Source: a virus (Duplodnaviria > Caudoviricetes). From it: a DNA stretch of 64,000 nucleotides. Location of the stretch: positions 128,001 to 192,000 of IMG/VR virus record IMGVR_UViG_2030936005_000025, one strand, 5' to 3'. Made by a program: the position numbers and the translations under genes. Under the pieces are notes generated by a model, which saw nothing but the letters and a program-made list of their open reading frames with translations, did not search any database and had not been told where the DNA came from. Below, piece by piece: positions 46,360 through 55,129 of this stretch (within the stretch, counting starts at the first letter, position 1; each line of letters starts with the position of its first letter).

Positions 46360-47457
46360 ATGTCCTATTTGGAACTTAATCCTGTAAGGTTCAATTATGC
46401 TGTTAAAGCATATCCCGGACTGGTGAACCTAGAACGTATAATGTCGAGGAACGATGATCGCTTCTTTAACTATATCAATCTAGGGAATCGCACCATTCCT
46501 AATCAGAACCCGTTGGTACAATTCTTACAGTCTTTCTCAGTAAACCCTGAATGGACCAACAACGAACTTATCGATCAGATCAGTACGCGGTCTCAGCAGA
46601 TTGCAAGCCTGACCGATTTAACCTCCTTATATAGTAAAGGAGAGAATCACATCGGGGCTATTTATCCTGAGTCGAATCACAACACGCTACTGGTTGTTCC
46701 ATTCGGCAGTCCCAGTCGCTCACAAATAGATGTATACTTCAGTATTCCTTTAGATGAGCTGGTTCCTTTATATCCGATCTATACCACTGATACGATTCAG
46801 CGGTGGGATATCATGGACCTTATCAATACGCAGAACTACAGAGCGGATGAAAGCTTATTCACGATTGTTAATGTAGATGTGTACGCATTGATTATCGGCT
46901 TCTGGCGTTGGTTACAACGCGGGGGTGAATGGGGTAACTCTCCACACGGTTACCTGGCTAACTTCCCATTGATGAACTGCTACACTTATCACAACGAGTT
47001 GGTTAACTTTAACTACCTCAACGGGAATGCTTCAGCGATTGATATTTCTAAAGGTAGCTTTAACCTTGAGAACTATTATACTGACCTGACAGAATACACC
47101 GAGTATAAGAATCGGTATATGCTGACAGAGAAGATGCAATCGTTCACTGAGTTTGTTCAAATCAACAAAAGAACCAACCCTAATGTCAATTTGACAAAGA
47201 TGGTCTTTCCTGACCCTTATAAGAGTTTGTTCTTTGTTCAGATGAGCTGGGTGTGGTCATTAGCAGCACTGGGGATGGTATCGAAGTACATTCGATACAA
47301 CAACATCCTGGGTACGGTGGATGGTCAGATGAGAGCACAATTGAACATGTACTTTACAAAGGTTCAGTTACAAAGTCAGCTTAACCAAATCCCGATGGCG
47401 GTGTGGAAGAAACATTTCACTGATATCTGGACTGATGTAAAAGACATAAAACCCTAA
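46360..47457 (+). CDS. Conserved virion-associated protein (phiKZ gp52-like position)
   Basis: 365 aa, GAGG SD, opposite strand between chmA and the polymerase. Confidence 0.6.
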   Translation: MSYLELNPVRFNYAVKAYPGLVNLERIMSRNDDRFFNYINLGNRTIPNQNPLVQFLQSFSVNPEWTNNELIDQISTRSQQIASLTDLTSLYSKGENHIGAIYPESNHNTLLVVPFGSPSRSQIDVYFSIPLDELVPLYPIYTTDTIQRWDIMDLINTQNYRADESLFTIVNVDVYALIIGFWRWLQRGGEWGNSPHGYLANFPLMNCYTYHNELVNFNYLNGNASAIDISKGSFNLENYYTDLTEYTEYKNRYMLTEKMQSFTEFVQINKRTNPNVNLTKMVFPDPYKSLFFVQMSWVWSLAALGMVSKYIRYNNILGTVDGQMRAQLNMYFTKVQLQSQLNQIPMAVWKKHFTDIWTDVKDIKP

Positions 47458-47465
47458 CACAACGT

Positions 47466-47495
47466 GAACTCTACCCGGATATCCGGGTAGAGTTC
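47466..47495. terminator. Perfect 30-bp palindrome between convergent genes
   Basis: GAACTCTACCCGGATATCCGGGTAGAGTTC. Confidence 0.8.
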
Positions 47496-47518
47496 TAAAT
47501 TGTTTTACATAAAATTGA

Positions 47519-49597
47519 TTAGTGTTCGTCACTCACCAAGCGAGTAATAGAGTCGTTCATGAAATACAGACCTGTTGAGTTTAAGACTTCATAAACACAT
47601 TTCAGGTTTTGTTTAATCACGGTACGATAATCCACTGCTTGCTGGATCTCTTTTGGAATACCCTGGATATACTGGAGGCGTTCCATAGGGATAACGATGT
47701 TACCTAACTTGTCACGGTTAGTATCTTCGAAGTGCTTAGCGAGCTTAGCTTTAATATCTGGATCTTCAACAGAATCAATCCATTCTTTCAGCTTACTCTT
47801 AGATCCCAGGTCAACTGACATCTTCACGCCAACATAAGGAAGCTCAGGAGCTGGACCATATTTATCAGCGAACACGTTTTCCCACATCAGGTGATAGAAG
47901 AACACCGATGCTTCTGGTTTGCTGTATGATGCACGACCTTTAATTCCCTGACGAGATAACCACTTCCAGTCACCACTGTTAATGTCGGTAACGATGGTGC
48001 GTTCCAGATCACCAATCTCTTTCAAGATAACCGGTGCATCCAGTTTGGTGTTGTTCTTAATTGACTCCAGGGTATCTGTCATCAGTTTCTGTGCAAAGTC
48101 TTTAATGCTCTTTGCAATCTTCGATGATTTCAGGTGAACACCTTTTACTTCCATTTCAGGATGTTCGTATACCACACCTTCACACATCAACTTGTGAGCG
48201 TAATAGTGTTTGGACATCAATGTCGTAACGTAAGCACCAAAGTAGAATTCGTTCTTCATACCCAGCATGCGCAGGTTGCGTTTACTAACGTTCAGGTTAG
48301 CTGACAACTGTTGATGTTGATCAACAGAGATCATGCGAATGAAGTAAGTCAGAACGGCGTTCAGTTTCACCCCTTTATCACGGTCATCAGTGTAAGCTTC
48401 GATCATCTCATCAACGGTGTAGATTGAGGAGTCGGTATCCGAAGTCAACACGCAGTCACGAATAGAGGAGGTTACATCAAACAGACCAGATGGCGGAATA
48501 GCGGACTTAAAGAACATGTTCATCAAGTCTGCGTATTTCTTCTCAACATAATCGTGATGAGTGTTCAGTGCAGCGATCTCAATGAACGGTGCGTTACGTG
48601 GAAGCTTAGAAGCAGCCAACACATATTTGTCATCGTTATCTGGGGTGATGTAATCCTTAAGTTCTTTACCTTCTTCTGGTGCTTTAACCAGAGAGAACTC
48701 ATCAAAGAAAGTAGAGATCGTTTCTTTGTTGTGCTTGAACAGAGATACCAGGTCAAGGGTATAAAGGATAGATGCCAGATATAAACTATCAAGTTCACTT
48801 AAGAAGTCACGAATGATCTTCATGTACTTCGCTGAATCCCAATAACGGGATGAACAATAGATCACGCGATCCATAACGTCATCCAGCGTTGGATAGTGAA
48901 GCTTATACTTATCCATCACTGTTTGGAGTTTCTTGAGATCGGTTACCTGCATTCGCGCCATTAACGATTGTAGCGTATTCTCAGGCGTGTTGTAGAAACG
49001 GTTGCCCGCTACGAACTGTTCGTTGATTAAGTTCGCGGTAGACGTCAGACAACGACAAGTCGAGGTCAAAGAAGTATGACCAGTCTTGTTATTGATCGGT
49101 GTACCTTCGGATGACATTGCACCAGACTGTGCGTTGTTAAAGATCTTAAAGGCGTTCTGTAATTCATCGTACTTACTGTAGAGATCATCGTCTCCAGCTT
49201 TATCCGCTTTCTTACGCAGTCCTTTATAGAAAGAACGGTTATCGATGAACAGACGAGTACCGATGGAGTTTACGCACTCTTCTTCTTCTGAGTTGGTATA
49301 CGCCACCATAGAAGGAGAGAAGTGATAGTTCTTTTGCTGTACGTGCTTCAGTACCGAAGAGAAAGGAATAACGTGCATCTCACGGTCGCCCACTTTGTTC
49401 TTTATAATAACTTTGGCACGACGTGATTCGAACTTGGCCTTGTTCTCTTTGAAGTATTTGATTAAGTTTGCTCGGATCTCAGATTCATCTTCACCGCGAG
49501 TCTTTGCCAGAAACGATGCATGTTGGTTGATTGCATGTTTCAGTATATTGCGGTCGCTGCTGTATTCCTCTGAGAGAAATGGACCCACTCCAGACAT
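47519..49597 (-). CDS. polB: Split family-B DNA polymerase, motif B/C half (phiKZ gp50-like)
   Basis: Motif B QNAFKIFNNAQSG, motif C LTSDTDSSIY, KHYYA and EVKGVHLK. No exonuclease motifs and no motif A. Confidence 0.85.
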   Translation of the reverse strand: MSGVGPFLSEEYSSDRNILKHAINQHASFLAKTRGEDESEIRANLIKYFKENKAKFESRRAKVIIKNKVGDREMHVIPFSSVLKHVQQKNYHFSPSMVAYTNSEEEECVNSIGTRLFIDNRSFYKGLRKKADKAGDDDLYSKYDELQNAFKIFNNAQSGAMSSEGTPINNKTGHTSLTSTCRCLTSTANLINEQFVAGNRFYNTPENTLQSLMARMQVTDLKKLQTVMDKYKLHYPTLDDVMDRVIYCSSRYWDSAKYMKIIRDFLSELDSLYLASILYTLDLVSLFKHNKETISTFFDEFSLVKAPEEGKELKDYITPDNDDKYVLAASKLPRNAPFIEIAALNTHHDYVEKKYADLMNMFFKSAIPPSGLFDVTSSIRDCVLTSDTDSSIYTVDEMIEAYTDDRDKGVKLNAVLTYFIRMISVDQHQQLSANLNVSKRNLRMLGMKNEFYFGAYVTTLMSKHYYAHKLMCEGVVYEHPEMEVKGVHLKSSKIAKSIKDFAQKLMTDTLESIKNNTKLDAPVILKEIGDLERTIVTDINSGDWKWLSRQGIKGRASYSKPEASVFFYHLMWENVFADKYGPAPELPYVGVKMSVDLGSKSKLKEWIDSVEDPDIKAKLAKHFEDTNRDKLGNIVIPMERLQYIQGIPKEIQQAVDYRTVIKQNLKCVYEVLNSTGLYFMNDSITRLVSDEH

Positions 49598-49640
49598 CTC
49601 GATTCCCTCATTAAGAGAAAAAAAAATAATTAGGTAAACA

Positions 49641-49676
49641 TATTACCAGACCTACCAAATGGTAGGCCCAGTAATA
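49641..49676 (-). terminator. Hairpin with T-tract upstream of polB
   Basis: Core CCTACC-AAAT-GGTAGG with TATTAC/GTAATA outer arms. Confidence 0.55.
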
Positions 49677-49687
49677 GGATAATATTT

Positions 49688-50110
49688 TTATTGGTCATCG
49701 ATTTTGAGTGTGTAATTCACATTCAAACTGTTCAGACAATCAATCAATGGCGCACGCTGCCATTCTTGGAAGTTCTGAATAATGACAGTGGCATTACGCG
49801 TGGTAATGGTTGTCAGTGAGTCAGTGTTGATCCAAGGGAAACCAATCGCGATGAGATCGGATTTGGTCTTATCCAACTGAAGGATGAAGTAGTTATAGAT
49901 ATCGGGACTATTGACATTATCCACCTTATCCTTGAAGAACGGATAGAAGTTAGCGTGTTTAACGTCAATAGAGGGATCGACAAGTTTGGCAAGGTTATAC
50001 GGCACAACGCCGGAAACCAATGCTGCTTTGTACTGATCCCCAAAGATTCCCGGTGTGATCATATCAAAATTGATGATGTCATCTTTCTTGATAAGGTTGA
50101 TATCGGTCAT
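49688..50110 (-). CDS. Conserved core protein (phiKZ gp49-like position)
   Basis: 140-aa beta-rich ORF; ATGA overlap. Confidence 0.65.
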   Translation of the reverse strand: MTDINLIKKDDIINFDMITPGIFGDQYKAALVSGVVPYNLAKLVDPSIDVKHANFYPFFKDKVDNVNSPDIYNYFILQLDKTKSDLIAIGFPWINTDSLTTITTRNATVIIQNFQEWQRAPLIDCLNSLNVNYTLKIDDQ

Positions 50111-50781
50111 CGGTCATAAACCTCAAGCAAAATAAGTGGGAAGGTTATCAAAGTATCCCCGTGCTTTGCTTTTGATCCTGGGATGTCCATGATGGTAATA
50201 TCTTTCATGTATTCCCGAGGCAAGACGTTCTCGTTGATCTCATTGAACAAGAAATTATTGATTCCATCGAGATCACTTGACAGATGACTTTCTATCCAGC
50301 TACGCAAGAAGTTAGCAAACTGTTCTGCGTCAAGTTCAGCGCCATTGATGAGTCGATATTTACAATCGCTAGTGAATGTGACTTCCTGCATATCACCGGT
50401 AACGATACGATCAATGAATGACTCTGTATACTCAACCAATTCGTCGTCATTTGTTCCTGTGAGACAATCTACAAGCGTATCCAGGAGTTTAGCTAAGATC
50501 TCCGCATAGCTCATTTCCTGTCTTGGTTCTTCGTCGTCATTAAACCAAGAACTGGCATAATACATGACGGTAGTTTGAACCGAAGCCAAGAACTGAACAA
50601 CAATGCGCTCTTGCCAATCTTCTAACTTTTGATTGGTACGAAGTTCTTTATAACTAGACTCAAACCCTTTAAATACATCTGACACCATTTGATCATCAAG
50701 CGGTGTGTCTTGAAGACCAAGGTGTTCTACGATACCTCCTAACAGCTTATCGTAGTCGAAGTGGTTTGCCTTTATGTACAT
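50107..50781 (-). CDS. Hypothetical protein (224 aa, acidic)
   Basis: ORF tiling in the phuZ-polB operon. Confidence 0.65.
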   Translation of the reverse strand: MYIKANHFDYDKLLGGIVEHLGLQDTPLDDQMVSDVFKGFESSYKELRTNQKLEDWQERIVVQFLASVQTTVMYYASSWFNDDEEPRQEMSYAEILAKLLDTLVDCLTGTNDDELVEYTESFIDRIVTGDMQEVTFTSDCKYRLINGAELDAEQFANFLRSWIESHLSSDLDGINNFLFNEINENVLPREYMKDITIMDIPGSKAKHGDTLITFPLILLEVYDR

Positions 50782-50784
50782 AGG

Positions 50785-51096
50785 TTACCTGCATTCAAAT
50801 TTCATATATAAACCGATGCCCGTGCCCTGTACAGTTGCTTGAATGTTTCCGTACTCACGATTGAGTCCGTCCAGGAACATCTTCAGACTCATCCAGTCAG
50901 CAGCGATACGTTCATCAATACTTGCATTGCCTGTTTCAAACCCACCTTCACACGTTGGGTCAAACAGGGCGTCATGATAAACGTTATAAGTGTTAAGTAA
51001 CATTACCACACTATTTAACAGAGATGAAAACGGTAACGCAGGGCAGGAAATATTCCAGCTATAGACAACTGGTTGTGGTTCGTCATTCATAATCAT
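50785..51096 (-). CDS. Hypothetical protein (103 aa)
   Basis: ORF tiling. Confidence 0.6.
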   Translation of the reverse strand: MIMNDEPQPVVYSWNISCPALPFSSLLNSVVMLLNTYNVYHDALFDPTCEGGFETGNASIDERIAADWMSLKMFLDGLNREYGNIQATVQGTGIGLYMKFECR

Positions 51097-51376
51097 TAAC
51101 CTGATCCTTAATATAGAAGCGGTTGTTCTTAATATAGTAACCGTCCAAATTATCCGTATAGTTTAATTCACTAATCAGCTCATATAAAATAGGTTTGAGT
51201 TCTCTTTTAATGTCACCGTCAAATGGACTAAACCATCTGGACAACTGAGCATTAAGGATTTCCTCCCGACGATGCGAGAGGAAATCCAGAATTATTGTAA
51301 AGAGTTTCTCAGAATCCAGCTGATATCGTGTAGCCACACGAAGAATCGGAACAATGTTGCAACTGTGCAACTTCAT
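51083..51376 (-). CDS. Hypothetical protein (97 aa)
   Basis: GAGGAG SD; ORF tiling. Confidence 0.6.
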   Translation of the reverse strand: MKLHSCNIVPILRVATRYQLDSEKLFTIILDFLSHRREEILNAQLSRWFSPFDGDIKRELKPILYELISELNYTDNLDGYYIKNNRFYIKDQVNDYE

Positions 51377-51378
51377 TC

Positions 51379-52023
51379 TTACTCCTCAGTTTTAACTACC
51401 TTCATTGCTTCCCATGCCAAACCATTCCCATTCCAGAACAGCTGACTGAAAAGCTCCTCGACATCTAACTGATGTCCGTACTTCTCTTGTAAAACCTTTT
51501 CAAACTTCACAAATTCTTTTTCTAACTCTGGCCAGAGTTCACTGTAAAACTTATCTTGCAAGGTTTGTCCGAGACCAGTGAGTTCTTCGGATTCACCCGG
51601 TTTGATTTCGTGTAGGATAAAGTTCATGTTATCCATGTATCGAACCAACTTATATTTGCAATCAGAGTCAATACCCTTTTGATAGCAAACGTAGTCACGG
51701 AACAATAACAGGAGATCATCAAACTCTTCTACTAATGCCTCACGGTCATACCAGTAAGAAAGATCTGGACTACGAACGTAACCGATGACATCGAAATAAC
51801 CTGCTTGACGAATCAGCCATTCGCGCAGACCCCAGATTAATGTGGGTTTGTCAGATTGGTTAATTAGTCGGTGAGACAGATGGAGCTTTTGTTCGAGATG
51901 TTCTTCGATGATGGAATCAAAGCTATGAAATTCGATTCTACCATTTATCGAACATGGCGTCGAGTTGTTCAATGCTTGGGTTGTCGATAACGGAGTCGCT
52001 GACATCTTCTTCTTCCGAGTCAT
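51379..52023 (-). CDS. Hypothetical protein (~210 aa; start may be MSATP)
   Basis: ORF tiling, overlapping the upstream gene end. Confidence 0.6.
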   Translation of the reverse strand: MTRKKKMSATPLSTTQALNNSTPCSINGRIEFHSFDSIIEEHLEQKLHLSHRLINQSDKPTLIWGLREWLIRQAGYFDVIGYVRSPDLSYWYDREALVEEFDDLLLLFRDYVCYQKGIDSDCKYKLVRYMDNMNFILHEIKPGESEELTGLGQTLQDKFYSELWPELEKEFVKFEKVLQEKYGHQLDVEELFSQLFWNGNGLAWEAMKVVKTEE

Positions 52024-52420
52024 TAAGTAGTTGGTCTGACAGGTGTGCGAATGTCCCCTCCAGGTCCATAATGATTGAATGCAACTTAATATTAGTACGA
52101 GGCAACGTCCGATGAGTCAACTTATAACGCATGCGGCGATCGAAACCGGCCATGAAGAACTGCTTTTTGATATCGCGAGTTTCCACATACAGAAGTTCAT
52201 AGAACAACTGCAATGACGGTTTGTCGCTATACTTTTTCAGTTCATCAATAATAGCCTCTTCAGTCGTAGTGTTACGATTGTTGAGAATATTAACTATCAT
52301 GTCCAAAACCAGTGGGAAATAAAATGCGATTTCCTCATCAAGCTTTTTAGGATCGTCGACCGAAGAACTTAACAGAAACCCAATGTCTGTCTTTAAGGCT
52401 CGACTTTCTATATTATACAT
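51938..52420 (-). CDS. Hypothetical protein (160 aa)
   Basis: ORF tiling. Confidence 0.6.
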   Translation of the reverse strand: MYNIESRALKTDIGFLLSSSVDDPKKLDEEIAFYFPLVLDMIVNILNNRNTTTEEAIIDELKKYSDKPSLQLFYELLYVETRDIKKQFFMAGFDRRMRYKLTHRTLPRTNIKLHSIIMDLEGTFAHLSDQLLNDSEEEDVSDSVIDNPSIEQLDAMFDKW

Positions 52421-52429
52421 TGCTGTGCT

Positions 52430-52708
52430 CTAGTGAAGTGTGAGTTGGAATTTAAGATTACCGAGATCAGACAAAACAGCAAAGTCGGTAACGGGCACGC
52501 CGAGCAATAATGGCTCGACATAACTTTTGACGCTTTCGTAAATATACGCGTGTTCAAAAGACAGGTTTGGATCATAGAAACCTTGTGTCACCGGAAAGCC
52601 ATTTTCTTGACAGATATTTGCCAAGATAGAATGTGCTAGCCCAATGTCATTTTCGGAGACTACGTTGAGAGCAGTTCTTTCAGCTACCAGATTAAACAAA
52701 ATTTTCAT
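52430..52708 (-). CDS. Hypothetical protein (92 aa)
   Basis: ORF tiling after phuZ. Confidence 0.55.
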   Translation of the reverse strand: MKILFNLVAERTALNVVSENDIGLAHSILANICQENGFPVTQGFYDPNLSFEHAYIYESVKSYVEPLLLGVPVTDFAVLSDLGNLKFQLTLH

Positions 52709-52718
52709 GGGGGCAAAA

Positions 52719-52737
52719 GCCCTGGATAAACCAGGGC
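52719..52737 (-). terminator. Hairpin after phuZ
   Basis: GCCCTGG-ATAAA-CCAGGGC. Confidence 0.55.
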
Positions 52738-52746
52738 CTCCTTTTA

Positions 52747-53697
52747 TTACAACATGCCGTCGTCAGAGACGTTAGCGCCGAATGGGTTTTCGCCACGGTT
52801 GGTGAACTGACCCGCCAGCTCATCGGTCTTAACCTGTTTCTCGTTGATCATCTTCTTCAACGATTCCAGGGTATCGCCATGATCCAGCACTGCGTGCATG
52901 CCGGTATTGCGACCGTGGAAGGATGGACCGAACACGCCAGCTTTACGGTACAACATGTTCTGGAATGGCACGCGAACATCGTCCGGCGATGAGAACAGGC
53001 TGATCGCTGCAACCGGTTTGGACTTGTACTTACCGAGATCGTCATCAGTCAGGAACGTCAACTGAGTCATGATCGGATCTGCTTTGACCACGTCGGTATA
53101 GTAGAAGAAGTTTTTCACGTCCTGTTCGTCGATGCTGTCGTTTTCCAGACTGAACATTGTGATCGCGTTATCGATACGGCCGCAAGCAGCTGCATTGATT
53201 TCGCCGTGCGTGGTATCCTGCGTGTTCTCCAGATAAGAGAAGATCACCGGATGACCCAGTTTGACCTGACCGTACAGTGAACCCAGTGTTTCCACGGTGT
53301 TGCTCTGCTCGTTAAAGCTTGAGATATCACCAATTACCAGAGCCAATACTGGGATCTTGCGTTCCAGCAGACGGCGAACAATCCATGGACCCAGAGACGC
53401 ACCGGTACCGCCACCTGTTGAGAAGATGACGATGTTGACTTTGTTTGGCTCATACTTGGCCAGCATGGCGCGAGAGAAGTCAGACCATTTATCTTTGTGG
53501 GTATGGCGGAAACCGCCGGAGCCGGATGCACCTTCCAGACGCTCTAACGGATACAGTCCGTCAGTAACGTTGTCGGCATCAGAGCTGTCAAAGCCAACCA
53601 ATGTGTCCACATGTTTACCGTTCTTACCGTCTTTCAGATAACGGTTCAGAACTTTGATTGCTGCACCACCAACTGCATAGATGTTAAAGTCTTTCAT
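52747..53697 (-). CDS. phuZ: PhuZ phage tubulin
   Basis: IYAVGGAAIKV, GFDSS, tubulin signature STGGGTGAS; 316 aa with a short acidic C-tail. Confidence 0.9.
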   Translation of the reverse strand: MKDFNIYAVGGAAIKVLNRYLKDGKNGKHVDTLVGFDSSDADNVTDGLYPLERLEGASGSGGFRHTHKDKWSDFSRAMLAKYEPNKVNIVIFSTGGGTGASLGPWIVRRLLERKIPVLALVIGDISSFNEQSNTVETLGSLYGQVKLGHPVIFSYLENTQDTTHGEINAAACGRIDNAITMFSLENDSIDEQDVKNFFYYTDVVKADPIMTQLTFLTDDDLGKYKSKPVAAISLFSSPDDVRVPFQNMLYRKAGVFGPSFHGRNTGMHAVLDHGDTLESLKKMINEKQVKTDELAGQFTNRGENPFGANVSDDGML

Positions 53698-53829
53698 TTC
53701 TTTTCCTTTAAGGTAAAGTTACTTCATCAGTTGCGTAAAGCTCCAAATCCTTCTTTACGCCATTTAATCGTCTATATGATAGAACGATCAGTATTACTTA
53801 AATAAATCGCTTAGGATCGATTACAGAGC

Positions 53830-54225
53830 TTATTCAAGTATCTGACACAGGATGTTTTCTGTCTCATCATGAAGCCACTCTAAAACACCGTCCATCAGTT
53901 CCTGTTCAGTTTCTGCGAACAGAGGTTGATCGAGTTGGATCCCAATACCCAGCGGAGCAGGCATGAATTCAAACCCGTCTTTGATGATCGGCTTACTGGT
54001 AAAGGTCGCTTGAGTGCGTACCAGGAAATTACCTGGACCGGCTTCATCAACCGGATAGACAACCACAGAAACAGTCAGGTTCAGTTCCGCTTCAGTCAGG
54101 CGGATAGCAAAACCCTGCATGTCTTCGATGTTAAACCAGTTTGGAATTGGTTTACCCTGGCTGGCTTTACAAATAGACCGAATCTTATTTTCGGCGTACT
54201 GCATCACGGCGCTAGTTACTGACAT
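53830..54225 (-). CDS. Hypothetical protein (131 aa)
   Basis: AGAGGA SD. Confidence 0.65.
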   Translation of the reverse strand: MSVTSAVMQYAENKIRSICKASQGKPIPNWFNIEDMQGFAIRLTEAELNLTVSVVVYPVDEAGPGNFLVRTQATFTSKPIIKDGFEFMPAPLGIGIQLDQPLFAETEQELMDGVLEWLHDETENILCQILE

Positions 54226-54586
54226 ACATGTCCTCTACTTTCTGAAGTTTCTCAACAAAGGTCGGAATGACTTTTGTTTTCAGGATTTCAACGATATCTT
54301 TATAAGCAATGAACTCATGCTTTTTAAAGAAGGTAATGGATTCACGTTCTCGGGGTTTCAGGAAGCTGATACCGTAAGACACGTTCTTATCCGTTCGGGT
54401 TAAGTCAATCTCAACAAAGCAAACAAAGACTTCGTTTTTGGTAGACTTATATCGGAAACTGGTAAACAGTCCTTTACGATCACCCGGATTCAAAACCTTA
54501 ATGAAATACACATTACGATATGGCTTCGGCACATTGCGAAAAGCAGCATCGAGCAGGATTTCATTTACGAGGTCTTTTAATTGCAT
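54212..54586 (-). CDS. Hypothetical protein; likely start MQLKD at 54586
   Basis: AGGAGG SD before 54586. Confidence 0.6.
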   Translation of the reverse strand: MQLKDLVNEILLDAAFRNVPKPYRNVYFIKVLNPGDRKGLFTSFRYKSTKNEVFVCFVEIDLTRTDKNVSYGISFLKPRERESITFFKKHEFIAYKDIVEILKTKVIPTFVEKLQKVEDMYVSN

Positions 54587-55022
54587 ACTTGCCTCCTGAC
54601 TTCTCAATCAGGTTGATCAAATCAACATTCGCATCCACAATGACATTGATCAGTGCATTGATCCCGTTTGTATCAAGAACAGCGATATCAGGATTAATAA
54701 CAACAGGGACTTCACCACCACTGAACTTTAGGTTGAGTCCTCCTGTCCTCTTATCATTCGTTTCTCGATAAATGATTTCCAGGATATCGATAGGATAACG
54801 ATCAGGATTTCCGATTGCCGAAATCTGGAAGTTATGAGAATTCCCATCAATGTGTCGGAGCTTATCATATTCATCAGTGATGATGAAAATATGTTTCATG
54901 TCCTTTCGCTGGAAATTCCTTCTTAACTGAACGGGATGATGGCCATCTGTTTGTAGCCACTGGAATATATCCGAGATCACTGCATAAATAGTTACCTTTA
55001 CAAGTTCACGCCGATTGTCCAT
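54561..55022 (-). CDS. Hypothetical early protein; likely start MDNRR at 55022
   Basis: The early promoter motif at 55049-55082 lies inside the longer track ORF; GAAGG SD before 55022. Confidence 0.55.
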   Translation of the reverse strand: MDNRRELVKVTIYAVISDIFQWLQTDGHHPVQLRRNFQRKDMKHIFIITDEYDKLRHIDGNSHNFQISAIGNPDRYPIDILEIIYRETNDKRTGGLNLKFSGGEVPVVINPDIAVLDTNGINALINVIVDANVDLINLIEKSGGKYAIKRPRK

Positions 55023-55048
55023 GTTATAAAAAACCTTCTGTATAAGTG

Positions 55049-55082
55049 TACATGATGATAATATTTGTTTGAAATTATTTAA
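55049..55082 (-). promoter_or_regulatory. Putative early promoter
   Basis: AAATAATTTCAAACAAATATTAT-CATC-ATGTA. Confidence 0.7.
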
Positions 55083-55129
55083 GCTCGCCATAATTGAGAG
55101 CAGGGTTTCCCCCACTCTCAAATGCATCT

